In this document: positions 28,357-36,776 of the stretch, one piece after another
Layout: every line of letters begins with the position of its first letter
Position numbering within the stretch: the stretch's first letter is position 1
Assembly: GCA_038230075.1 (NCBI GenBank)
Contig: JBBRNV010000002.1
Location: 1-60,214 of the forward strand
Length of the DNA: 60,214 nt
DNA from: Minisyncoccia bacterium
Lineage (GTDB): Bacteria > Patescibacteriota > Minisyncoccia > Phycocordibacterales > CALRBL01
Reading direction: 5' to 3'
Notes under the pieces: model-generated
The model's input: the letters and a program-made list of their open reading frames with translations, nothing else
Told to the model about the DNA's origin: nothing
Databases searched by the model: none
Program-made: the position numbers and the translations under genes

Positions 28357-29889
28357 TTATCGTGCAAATTCAACCGCTCTATTTTCTCGAATGACCGTCA
28401 CTTTTATTTCTCCAGGGTATTTAAGTTCAGATTCAATCTTGATCGCAATGCTTCGTGCGAGATTGTGTGCTTCAACGTCAGAAACTTCTTCTGGATATAC
28501 AAAGACACGAATTTCTCGTCCTGCGGCAATTGCATATGACTTTTCGATTCCCTTGAAACTATTTGCTGTTGCTTCAAGATCACTTAATCGTTTAATATAG
28601 TTTTCAATACTATCTTTTCGTGCGCCCGGTCTTCCTCCTGAAATTGAATCTGCCGTCTGTACAATAATAGATTCAATTGTTTCGTATGGATATTCTTCGT
28701 GATGTGCCTGCATTGCTTTCACTACTTCTTCGCTCACACCAAACTTCTGAAGTATTTTTCTTCCAATTTCAACATGTGTTCCTGCGACTTCATGATCGAG
28801 AGCTTTTCCAATGTCATGAAGAAGTGCGCCGGCTTTCGCAACTTGTACATTTGCTCCCAGTTCTTCGGCAAGCATTCCAGCAATGTGTGACATTTCAACT
28901 GAGTGTTGAAGAACCTGGTGCCCATAACTTGTTCTAAAGAATAATCTTCCTAAGATGAGTATTAGTCGGGGATCAAGATTAAGTACTCCACATTCATATG
29001 CGGCTTGTTCACCTTTTTCTTTAATCACTTTATTTATTTCAAGTTCTGCGAGTTCTACCTCTTTTTCAATTTTAGCTGGTTGAATTCTTCCATCTGCAAT
29101 GAGATTTTCAAGCGCTACTCGAGCAATTTGTCGTCGAATTGGATCAAATGATGAGAGGGTAATGGCTCCTGGGGTATCGTCAATTATCACTTCGACTCCT
29201 GTCGCTCGCTCAATAGCCTTAATGTTACGGCCTTCTTTTCCAATAATCTTTCCTTTAACGTCATCTGAAGTAATTGGTACATATGTTGTAAACATTTCAG
29301 CTGAAACTGATGACGCTAAGCGCTGAATAGTTGTTGCAAGAATATCTTTTGCTTTTTTTCCAAGAATATCATCGGCATTACGTTCTAGTTTGTGCATTCG
29401 AGCAGAGATATCTTCTGTGCTATCTCGTTCGATAGATTTAATTAACTCTTCTCGAGCTTGTTCAACAGTTAGTTTTGCAATCTTCTCCAACTCTCCTTTT
29501 TTCGAAAGCTCCATAGTATCTACTCGCTCTTTGATTTGTCTTATTTCTTCAACCTTTCTTTTCATCAACTCAACTTCTTTTTCAATATCTAACTGTCGTC
29601 TATCAAGGGTTTCTTCTTTTTTAACCAATCGATCTTCAGTCTTCTTGATTGAATCTTCTCGGTCTTTTACATCTTCACGAGTCGACTTGAGTAATTCTGC
29701 CGCTTTTTCTTCTGCGTCTAGTGTAATCTTTTTACTTTCTTCACGCGCATCAGAGAGTAGCTGCTTTATATTAAGTTCGATTGAACCTTTTTGTGCGAGC
29801 CCAATTAAAACTCTAAGAACATATCCCAACACCACTCCTCCGATACTGACAGACAATCCAATCAGGAAAGCAATCTTTAATGAAATCAT
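28357..29889 (-). CDS. rny: Ribonuclease Y
   Basis: N-terminal TM, coiled coil, KH (GKIIGKEGRNI), HD (LLHDIGKA). Confidence 0.97.
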   Translation of the reverse strand: MISLKIAFLIGLSVSIGGVVLGYVLRVLIGLAQKGSIELNIKQLLSDAREESKKITLDAEEKAAELLKSTREDVKDREDSIKKTEDRLVKKEETLDRRQLDIEKEVELMKRKVEEIRQIKERVDTMELSKKGELEKIAKLTVEQAREELIKSIERDSTEDISARMHKLERNADDILGKKAKDILATTIQRLASSVSAEMFTTYVPITSDDVKGKIIGKEGRNIKAIERATGVEVIIDDTPGAITLSSFDPIRRQIARVALENLIADGRIQPAKIEKEVELAELEINKVIKEKGEQAAYECGVLNLDPRLILILGRLFFRTSYGHQVLQHSVEMSHIAGMLAEELGANVQVAKAGALLHDIGKALDHEVAGTHVEIGRKILQKFGVSEEVVKAMQAHHEEYPYETIESIIVQTADSISGGRPGARKDSIENYIKRLSDLEATANSFKGIEKSYAIAAGREIRVFVYPEEVSDVEAHNLARSIAIKIESELKYPGEIKVTVIRENRAVEFAR

Positions 29890-29951
29890 TATAATAATAT
29901 CTTGAGTTCTGGCTCAGTCTGAAAAAAGGTTTCGGAGTTAAAGAAAGAGGC

Positions 29952-30014
29952 AACAGAAAAGCGCAGTATCAAGACGGTTAACTTCTAATAACCCGATACT
30001 ACGCTTAAACTGTT
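29952..30014. other. Long imperfect hairpin between clpP and rny
   Basis: AACAG/CTGTT, AAGCG/CGCTT, AGTATC/GATACT, GGTTA/TAACC nested. Confidence 0.65.
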
Positions 30015-30029
30015 TTTTTGTCTATACAA

Positions 30030-30602
30030 CTAAGATATTACCTTGTCAACGATTCCATATTTCTTTGCCTCTTCTGCTGACATGTAATAATCTCGATCCA
30101 TATCTTTTGCAACTTGATCTGTCGACTTTCCTGTGTTTTTCGAAAGAATTTTATTCAATGACTCTCGAAGTTTTAGAATTTGTTTAACAGTAATCTCCAT
30201 GTCTGCCGCTTTTCCTTCTGTTCCTCCCCAAGGTTGGTGAATCATGATTTCAGAATTAGGAAGGGCATATCGTTTTCCTTTTGATCCTGATGAAAGAATC
30301 ATTGCGCCCATTGAAGCCGCGAGACCAACACAGAATGTTGAGACTTCTGGTTTAACATGATTCATTGTGTCAATAATTGCGAGGCCTGCTGTGACTGAAC
30401 CACCAGGTGAGTTCACATAAAGGACAATGTCTTTTTTAGGATCTTCTGATTGAAGAAAAAGAAGTTGGGCAATAACGAGGTTTGCGACATTGTCATCTAT
30501 AGGACCTCCAAGAAAAATGATTCGTTCTCGTAAAAGACGTGAATAAATGTCGTAAGCACGTTCTCCAAATTGTGACTTTTCAATAACTGTTGGGATAAGC
30601 AT
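30030..30602 (-). CDS. clpP: ATP-dependent Clp protease proteolytic subunit
   Basis: [33 protein letters not shown]. Confidence 0.98.
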   Translation of the reverse strand: MLIPTVIEKSQFGERAYDIYSRLLRERIIFLGGPIDDNVANLVIAQLLFLQSEDPKKDIVLYVNSPGGSVTAGLAIIDTMNHVKPEVSTFCVGLAASMGAMILSSGSKGKRYALPNSEIMIHQPWGGTEGKAADMEITVKQILKLRESLNKILSKNTGKSTDQVAKDMDRDYYMSAEEAKKYGIVDKVIS

Positions 30603-30691
30603 ATGTTTAGATTTTATATGTAGGTATACTACGGGTCGAGTGTAACGTACCTCGAGTTTGTCTGCAACTTTTCTTTTGCTACACTGACGAC

Positions 30692-31453
30692 ATGAAACTA
30701 CATCGATTTTTTATTCCACAATTTACTGATCAGTATAAGCCCTCAGTTGGGGCCGATATCGTCTACTCTGGGACGTTACTCCATCAGTTTGTTAACGTCT
30801 TAAGGTTTCAGTCTGGTGACAGGGTTGTTATTTTTGATGGGGGTGGAATCGATTACACCGTTAAATTTGTTTCGTTGTCTAAAAAAGCAGCAGCTATCTG
30901 TGTTGAATCAGTAGAACAGAACATTTTCACTCCAAAAAAAATAGTTAACGTATTTCTCTCTTTTATTAAAAAAGATCGTTTTGAAACAGCACTCGAGAAA
31001 CTGACAGAGCTTGGTGTTACCTCAATCACTCCGTTGTGCACAGAATATACACAAGTTGTTAACATGAGCCACGAAAGGATGGAGAAGATTATAATCGAAG
31101 CATCAGAACAGTGTGAGCGAAGTGATATTCCAAAACTGCATGAAACATTGAATTTAAAGGACTTCTGTAGCCAAGAGTCTTCTCCTCAGTCTTACTATCT
31201 GATGTTTCATCCTGACAAACCAACAACCAAAGGGGAAAAGGGGCTTGAAACACTTTTAGACAAAAAAGAAGTGACACTTCTCATTGGTCCGGAAGGGGGA
31301 TTCTCGGAACATGAAGTCAAAGAATTTGAAAACAAGATTGTAGTAGAAGGTAAGGGCGCTTTCGTATTGCTCGGTAAAAATATACTTCGAACAGAAACTG
31401 CGGCAATTGTCGCAACTGAGAGGTTGTTACTCGATCCCAAAGTACTTTTCTAG
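30692..31453 (+). CDS. rsmE: 16S rRNA m3U1498 methyltransferase
   Basis: [35 protein letters not shown]. Confidence 0.95.
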   Translation: MKLHRFFIPQFTDQYKPSVGADIVYSGTLLHQFVNVLRFQSGDRVVIFDGGGIDYTVKFVSLSKKAAAICVESVEQNIFTPKKIVNVFLSFIKKDRFETALEKLTELGVTSITPLCTEYTQVVNMSHERMEKIIIEASEQCERSDIPKLHETLNLKDFCSQESSPQSYYLMFHPDKPTTKGEKGLETLLDKKEVTLLIGPEGGFSEHEVKEFENKIVVEGKGAFVLLGKNILRTETAAIVATERLLLDPKVLF

Positions 31454-31467
31454 TTGATTCATTTAGG

Positions 31468-31563
31468 AAAAAATAAAAGACCTTGTTGTTATTAAATTCT
31501 CGATTTCTATTTCTTAAAAAACAGAAGTCTACGAAATCAATTCAACAAAGTCTTTTATTTTTT
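31468..31563. terminator. Long AT-rich inverted repeat between convergent rsmE and tig
   Basis: AAAAAATAAAAGAC/GTCTTTTATTTTTT plus TTGTTG/CAACAA and GATTTC/GAAATC. Confidence 0.65.
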
Positions 31564-31573
31564 GTACTGTCCC

Positions 31574-32674
31574 TTACTTTTCTTTTGGAAGTCCTTCAAG
31601 CAACTGCCACACTTTTTCTTGAATCAGCATTGATTCAACATAGAGTCGTGCTCGAATTGGATCTGCTTCTTTGATTTCAGAAATGATCTTTTGAGTTTCT
31701 TCTTCAATCATCTTTTCGTCAGCGGTGATCTTTTCTTCGGCAGCAATCTTGTTTAAGATCAGTTGCACTTTTGCTCGCTTTTCAGCATCTGGTCGAAAAT
31801 CTTCTCGCATCTGTTCTTCTGTTTTATTGATATGTTTTAAATAATCTCCAAAAGATAATCCCATCTGTGAAATATTTCCTTTCATCTGAATGATCATTCT
31901 TTCAGCCTCACTTTGAACTAGTGATTGTGGAAGATCAACCTCTGACTTTTCGAGGATCTTTTCCATTACTTCAAGTCGTTTCTTTTCCCGAACTCGAACT
32001 CCTTTTTCGTGAGTGATGCCTTCTCGAACTTTTGTGCGGAAATCTTCGACATCTTTAAATTCTCCAAACTTTTTTATAAATGATTCGTCAACAACTGGAA
32101 GGTCTTCATCTTTATGATCATGTGGCTCAGGAGTTCCGTCAGCTGCAATTGCTTTGTGATCATCATTTGCATGAGAGTGTTCTTCTTCATGCAGAACGTT
32201 ATGTCGCAGTCGATCAATCGCTTCGTTAATTTCTTTTTCTTCAACAACAACTGTTTCATCTCCACCTGAAACTTCTTTGCCAATTTTTTTATAATCAGGA
32301 ATTGTAATCACTGGCATTACCACAACAGTGATTCGAAACTCAACAGGATTCCCTGGGGCAAGTTTAGTGATTGAAACTTGAGGCTGACCAAATGTTGAGA
32401 TTTTTTCTCCGATAACTATTTCTCCGTACAAACTTTCAAGTGCCATGATCGCTGCTTCTTCAAGAACGGTCATCTCTCCTAATTTTTCTTTCAAGAGTTT
32501 TTCAGGAACATGACCAGGTCGAAATCCATCAAGCTTTACATCTTTTTGAATTCCTTCGAACGCTTTTTTCTTAAATGACTCTATATATGCAGCATCAATT
32601 GACCCTTCTAATTTAATTTCAGAGTGAGGCAGCTTTTCTGTTTTTGTAATTGTGTAGTGTTTCTTTGTTGTCAT
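31574..32674 (-). CDS. tig: Trigger factor lacking a recognisable FKBP domain
   Basis: Ribosome-binding DGFRPGHVP; C-domain DLPQSLVQSE, AEKRAKVQLIL; only 366 aa. Confidence 0.9.
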   Translation of the reverse strand: MTTKKHYTITKTEKLPHSEIKLEGSIDAAYIESFKKKAFEGIQKDVKLDGFRPGHVPEKLLKEKLGEMTVLEEAAIMALESLYGEIVIGEKISTFGQPQVSITKLAPGNPVEFRITVVVMPVITIPDYKKIGKEVSGGDETVVVEEKEINEAIDRLRHNVLHEEEHSHANDDHKAIAADGTPEPHDHKDEDLPVVDESFIKKFGEFKDVEDFRTKVREGITHEKGVRVREKKRLEVMEKILEKSEVDLPQSLVQSEAERMIIQMKGNISQMGLSFGDYLKHINKTEEQMREDFRPDAEKRAKVQLILNKIAAEEKITADEKMIEEETQKIISEIKEADPIRARLYVESMLIQEKVWQLLEGLPKEK

Positions 32675-32683
32675 GGCTGGTTA

Positions 32684-33208
32684 TTATTTTGCAAACTTTT
32701 GTTTATAGATCTCGATTCCTCTTTTGAACGCTTCGATCGCCTTATCTTTTCCTTCAATGCTTGAAATGGTTACCTCTTTTTTCTGAACTTGTTTGTAGGT
32801 GATAAAGAAATGCTCAATTTCTTTAAGAGTGTGTGAGTTGATGTCTGTAATATCTTGTACGCTATTCCACCGAGGATCGTTAATTGGAACGCAAATGATT
32901 TTTGCATCAGGTTCTCCAGAGTCGATCATGTTGATAAGTGCAATTGGTCGAACAGCAACAAGAAGTCCTGGAAAAAAAGGATAGGTGCTTAATACAACGG
33001 TATCAAGCGCATCACCATCTTCCCAGAGAGTCTGAGGAATGAATCCGTATTCGAAAGGATAATCTTGAGCGGTGTGTAGAGCGCGATCTAGTGCGATCAG
33101 GCCAGTTTCTTTATCAATTTCATATTTATTCTTTGATCCTTTGTTGATCTCAATAATAGTATTCATGCTCTCAGGTGTGCCTGGAGCAATGTCATGCCAT
33201 AAGTTCAT
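32684..33208 (-). CDS. ppa: Inorganic pyrophosphatase (family I)
   Basis: KNKYEIDKETG, YGFIPQT, DGDALD, MIDSGEPDAK. Confidence 0.96.
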   Translation of the reverse strand: MNLWHDIAPGTPESMNTIIEINKGSKNKYEIDKETGLIALDRALHTAQDYPFEYGFIPQTLWEDGDALDTVVLSTYPFFPGLLVAVRPIALINMIDSGEPDAKIICVPINDPRWNSVQDITDINSHTLKEIEHFFITYKQVQKKEVTISSIEGKDKAIEAFKRGIEIYKQKFAK

Positions 33209-33236
33209 ATATATAGTATGTATTAATAATAAATAA

Positions 33237-34466
33237 CTAAGCCGCCGCCTCTTCTGTTTTTGATTCTGCTTGCTGCTCTACATTTTCAGCTCCTTCAACT
33301 TTTGTTGATTGGATGTCGATTCTCCATCCTGTTAATTTTGCTGCAAGTCGAACGTTTTGGCCTCCTTTTCCAATTGCGAGTGATTGCTGGTCTTCACTTA
33401 CTTCAACTCGAGCAACTCCTTCTGTTGCGTTGAGAGTGATTTTTAGAATTTTAGCTGGTGAAAGAGATTCTTCGATAAACTTCTCCATATCTGGTGACCA
33501 TTCAATAATATCGATCTTTTCTCCTCCGAGTTCACTGGTAACAGTATTAACTCGAACACCACGCTGACCAACCATTGAACCAACTGGATCAATGTGACTG
33601 TCGTTTGAAGCAACAGCGATTTTACTTCGTGATCCTGCTTCTCGGGCAGTTGCCTTAACTTCAACAGTTCCAGATGCGATTTCAGGTACCTCAATTTCGA
33701 ATAGTTTGGCTAAGAATTTAGGATGTGCACGTGAAAGTCGAAGGAAAATACCTCGGGGAGTCTCTTCAACTCGAGTTAGATACATTCGAACTCGTTCACC
33801 TTGTCGATATCGTTCACCTGGAATCTGCTCTTCAAATGGTAAAATACCCTGAGCCCGCCCCATATCGAAGAAAATATTACCTCTTTCCATTCTTTGAACT
33901 GTTCCTGAGACAATTTCTCCTTCTCGTTTGCCGTATTCTCCAAGAACTGAGACTTTTTCTGCCTCTCTGATCTTCTGAATGATGACTTGTTTAGCAGTCT
34001 GAGCAGCAATTCGCCCGAAATCATCTTTTGTTTCAAGGGGGAATACTAATTCGTCGCCAACCTTAGCCCCCTTTTTGATTTTCTGAGCATCTGCAAGCAA
34101 AATGTGGTGTTCTGCATTGAATCGAGGCTTTTCTTCGCCATCGAGAGCCTTGATTTCCTCGTCTTTGAAGTCATTTCTGCCGTGTGTATGGCTCTGTTGA
34201 GCTGTTTCTAATGGAATTTCTGTGTTTTCTGATTCTTCTTCGAAGATAACATTTGATTCATCAACTACAACTTTAACCTGTAAAAAGTCGGTTTTTCCAG
34301 AATTTATGTCAAAAGTCGCTCGAATAAGCTGACCTCGCTTTCCAAACTCCTTTTTATAAGCAGTAGCCAAAGCAAGCTCTATTGTTTCAAGCACTTTTTC
34401 TCTTGGTATTCCTCGTTCCTCTTCTAATTGATCGAGGACTGAATTGATTACTTTTAGGTCAAACAT
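33237..34466 (-). CDS. nusA: Transcription factor NusA
   Basis: Start MFDLKVIN; FGRIAAQTAKQVI, AREAGSRSKIAV, AIGKGGQNVRLAAKLTGWRIDI. Confidence 0.97.
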   Translation of the reverse strand: MFDLKVINSVLDQLEEERGIPREKVLETIELALATAYKKEFGKRGQLIRATFDINSGKTDFLQVKVVVDESNVIFEEESENTEIPLETAQQSHTHGRNDFKDEEIKALDGEEKPRFNAEHHILLADAQKIKKGAKVGDELVFPLETKDDFGRIAAQTAKQVIIQKIREAEKVSVLGEYGKREGEIVSGTVQRMERGNIFFDMGRAQGILPFEEQIPGERYRQGERVRMYLTRVEETPRGIFLRLSRAHPKFLAKLFEIEVPEIASGTVEVKATAREAGSRSKIAVASNDSHIDPVGSMVGQRGVRVNTVTSELGGEKIDIIEWSPDMEKFIEESLSPAKILKITLNATEGVARVEVSEDQQSLAIGKGGQNVRLAAKLTGWRIDIQSTKVEGAENVEQQAESKTEEAAA

Positions 34467-34510
34467 ATTATTGTATTTAATGAATAATTTTGGGTATTTT
34501 TTTAAAAAAA

Positions 34511-34533
34511 TAAGTCGCCGGACGGCGAACTTA
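34511..34533 (-). promoter_or_regulatory. Hairpin in nusA leader
   Basis: TAAG-TCGCC-ggac-GGCGA-a-CTTA, about 45 nt upstream of nusA. Confidence 0.4.
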
Positions 34534-34646
34534 GATAAAAGAACTATAGTAAATTTCCTAAGAAAAGTCAAAGTTCTTTCTAATATTTTTTTGTGTGTAT
34601 AACATGATTGTATGTGTGTGATGTGTCCTATATAATATGTACGAAT

Positions 34647-36401
34647 ATGAGGAAAATTATTATTTTGGTTGCTTCGTTGTTAATGATTGTTGCTACAATC
34701 ATCTCACAGTATTTTTTATTCTCATCTGTTGAAGCGCAAACGTCAGCAAGACAAATGTCTGGATGGGCTTGGTCTTCAAATATAGGATGGGTAAACTTTA
34801 GAGGAACTGACTCTCGAGGTACTCCTTTATATGGAGTTAATGTTGATCCTTCAACTGGTGCGCTTAGTGGATACGCTTGGTCTTCAAATCTTGGTTGGTT
34901 ATCTTTCAACTCTACTGATAGTCGAGTGTGTGGAACTCCTGCTGTCTATAATAATAGTACAAAAACATTTTCTGGTTTCGCGGTATTTTTGTCGGGAAAA
35001 AGCAGAACAGACGGATGGGATGGTTGTGTAAAATTAGGAAACTCAGGAATATACGGATGGATAGTTACCAATGCTAGAAAAGGATCTGGGAATGATCAGT
35101 TAAGCACTGATGCTCCAAATTTTGCATGGGGAAGTACTGTTGTTGGTTGGTTTAAGTCTTATAATCTTGAAATTTCTGGAAATACTAACGATACCGATGT
35201 TCCGTTTCCTGTCGCAACAAGCGGAGATTCTTGTGGGTTGATCAGCGTCAGTTGGGAACCTGTAACCGGCGCAAGTGCATATAATGTATACAAGAGTACG
35301 AGTGTTGATTCGGGCTACACAGTTTTTGCAAAAGGAACGACTACAACAAACTTTATCGACAACACACTCGATCAAAATGGTGGACAATATTTTTATAAAG
35401 TGTCGTCTATTATAAATGGTGTTGAAAGCGCCCTTTCTTCGCCGGTTTCTGCAAATGCACAAATTGCAGGTTGTACAGGAAGTAATGTTCCTGCGCCAAC
35501 AGCAGCAACAGGAGCATCGTGTGGATATGTAAACATTAGTTGGCCTCCCGTTAGTGGAGCAACAGGATATAGTGTTTATCGAAGTGCTAGTGTTGGCGGG
35601 GCATACTCATTAATCATTTCAGCAACAACATCTGCTGCAATTGCTGACAACACACAAGATCATGCGGGTGCTACATTCTACTATAAAGTCACCTCAATTG
35701 TTGGCGGAGTTGAAAGTCCACAGTCGAACCCTGTCTCTGCTGCTGCGCAAACAAATGGTTGTGTGGTGCTTAATCCTCCAAGTTCAGTATCTGCAGGAAC
35801 AGGCTCTCTTTGTGGAGGAATTGATATCTCTTGGAATGCAGCTGTTGGTGCTCATCATTACTATGTTTATCGAAGTACGAGCGCTGCGGGAACTTACGTA
35901 AATCGAACTCCAGGAGGAATACTCGGCCTCACATACACTGACCAAACAAGTAGTTCACTTGGAAATACTTATTACTACAAGGTTTCATCTGCAAATGCAG
36001 CAGGAGATCAAGAAAGCGCTCTTAGTTCACCAGCCGCATCTGCTTCGGCAAATACATCAGCGTGTCCTGCTGGAATCATTAACGCTTCGATCGATTCTTT
36101 CTTTGCTCAACCACCAGTTGTTCCTAAGGGCCGAGCATGTACCCTTGAATGGCATGGAGTAACTGGAGATACAAACTGTTCTGTATATAAAGATTCAATT
36201 AGTGTCGCAAATAAAGTCTACGATGTTCCGACTGTTCCTTTTGGAACAAGCACTCGTGCGGTTGATGGTAACTGGATTGCATCATCAAGTCTCCAGTCGA
36301 CAACACAGTATTGGTTACAATGTAATGGTGTTGGTGCAGGAGCACTTCAGGCTCAGATGCAAACCAAATGTTATCTTCCAACTAAATACACAGAATTTTA
36401 A
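34647..36401 (+). CDS. Secreted protein with WAWSSNxGW repeats and three FN3-like repeats
   Basis: Signal MRKIIILV; GWAWSSNIGWV, GYAWSSNLGWL; CGLISVSW, CGYVNISW, CGGIDISW repeats. Confidence 0.8.
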   Translation: MRKIIILVASLLMIVATIISQYFLFSSVEAQTSARQMSGWAWSSNIGWVNFRGTDSRGTPLYGVNVDPSTGALSGYAWSSNLGWLSFNSTDSRVCGTPAVYNNSTKTFSGFAVFLSGKSRTDGWDGCVKLGNSGIYGWIVTNARKGSGNDQLSTDAPNFAWGSTVVGWFKSYNLEISGNTNDTDVPFPVATSGDSCGLISVSWEPVTGASAYNVYKSTSVDSGYTVFAKGTTTTNFIDNTLDQNGGQYFYKVSSIINGVESALSSPVSANAQIAGCTGSNVPAPTAATGASCGYVNISWPPVSGATGYSVYRSASVGGAYSLIISATTSAAIADNTQDHAGATFYYKVTSIVGGVESPQSNPVSAAAQTNGCVVLNPPSSVSAGTGSLCGGIDISWNAAVGAHHYYVYRSTSAAGTYVNRTPGGILGLTYTDQTSSSLGNTYYYKVSSANAAGDQESALSSPAASASANTSACPAGIINASIDSFFAQPPVVPKGRACTLEWHGVTGDTNCSVYKDSISVANKVYDVPTVPFGTSTRAVDGNWIASSSLQSTTQYWLQCNGVGAGALQAQMQTKCYLPTKYTEF

Positions 36402-36403
36402 AC

Positions 36404-36766
36404 ATGGTCTACAATTTAAATCAAAACTTAGGAACGGAGTATCAAAAAGATGAACATCGAAAAAAAGTGTATACGGTTTTAGTTATTGCATGCATACTTT
36501 TAATTATTGGAATTATTATTTCGCTTTTTATATACAATAAAAGTTCGCCACCAGGCAACAGTAGTCCGACTGAGAAAAAAGAAGTGTTGTTCGATAAGAC
36601 ACAAGAAAATCTCGGACAAGATCTCAGTACAAAAGAAAAACAAGACTTGATTAAGATGACACAGACCCAACAAGTAAAAGCAACAAGTTCAAAAGGCCAA
36701 ACAACACAGACAACAATAAATCAAAGTAAAAAAACAGATTTAATAAATTTAACAGCAGGAAATTAA
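36404..36766 (+). CDS. Single-TM hypothetical protein
   Basis: 120 aa; one TM; 2 nt after upstream gene. Confidence 0.65.
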   Translation: MVYNLNQNLGTEYQKDEHRKKVYTVLVIACILLIIGIIISLFIYNKSSPPGNSSPTEKKEVLFDKTQENLGQDLSTKEKQDLIKMTQTQQVKATSSKGQTTQTTINQSKKTDLINLTAGN

Positions 36767-36776
36767 TAGCATTATT

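Noticed and set aside
34467-34646. oriC at the strand-orientation switch
   Set aside because: Only one DnaA-like 9-mer (34594-34602), which also reads as an extended -10; no dnaA adjacent
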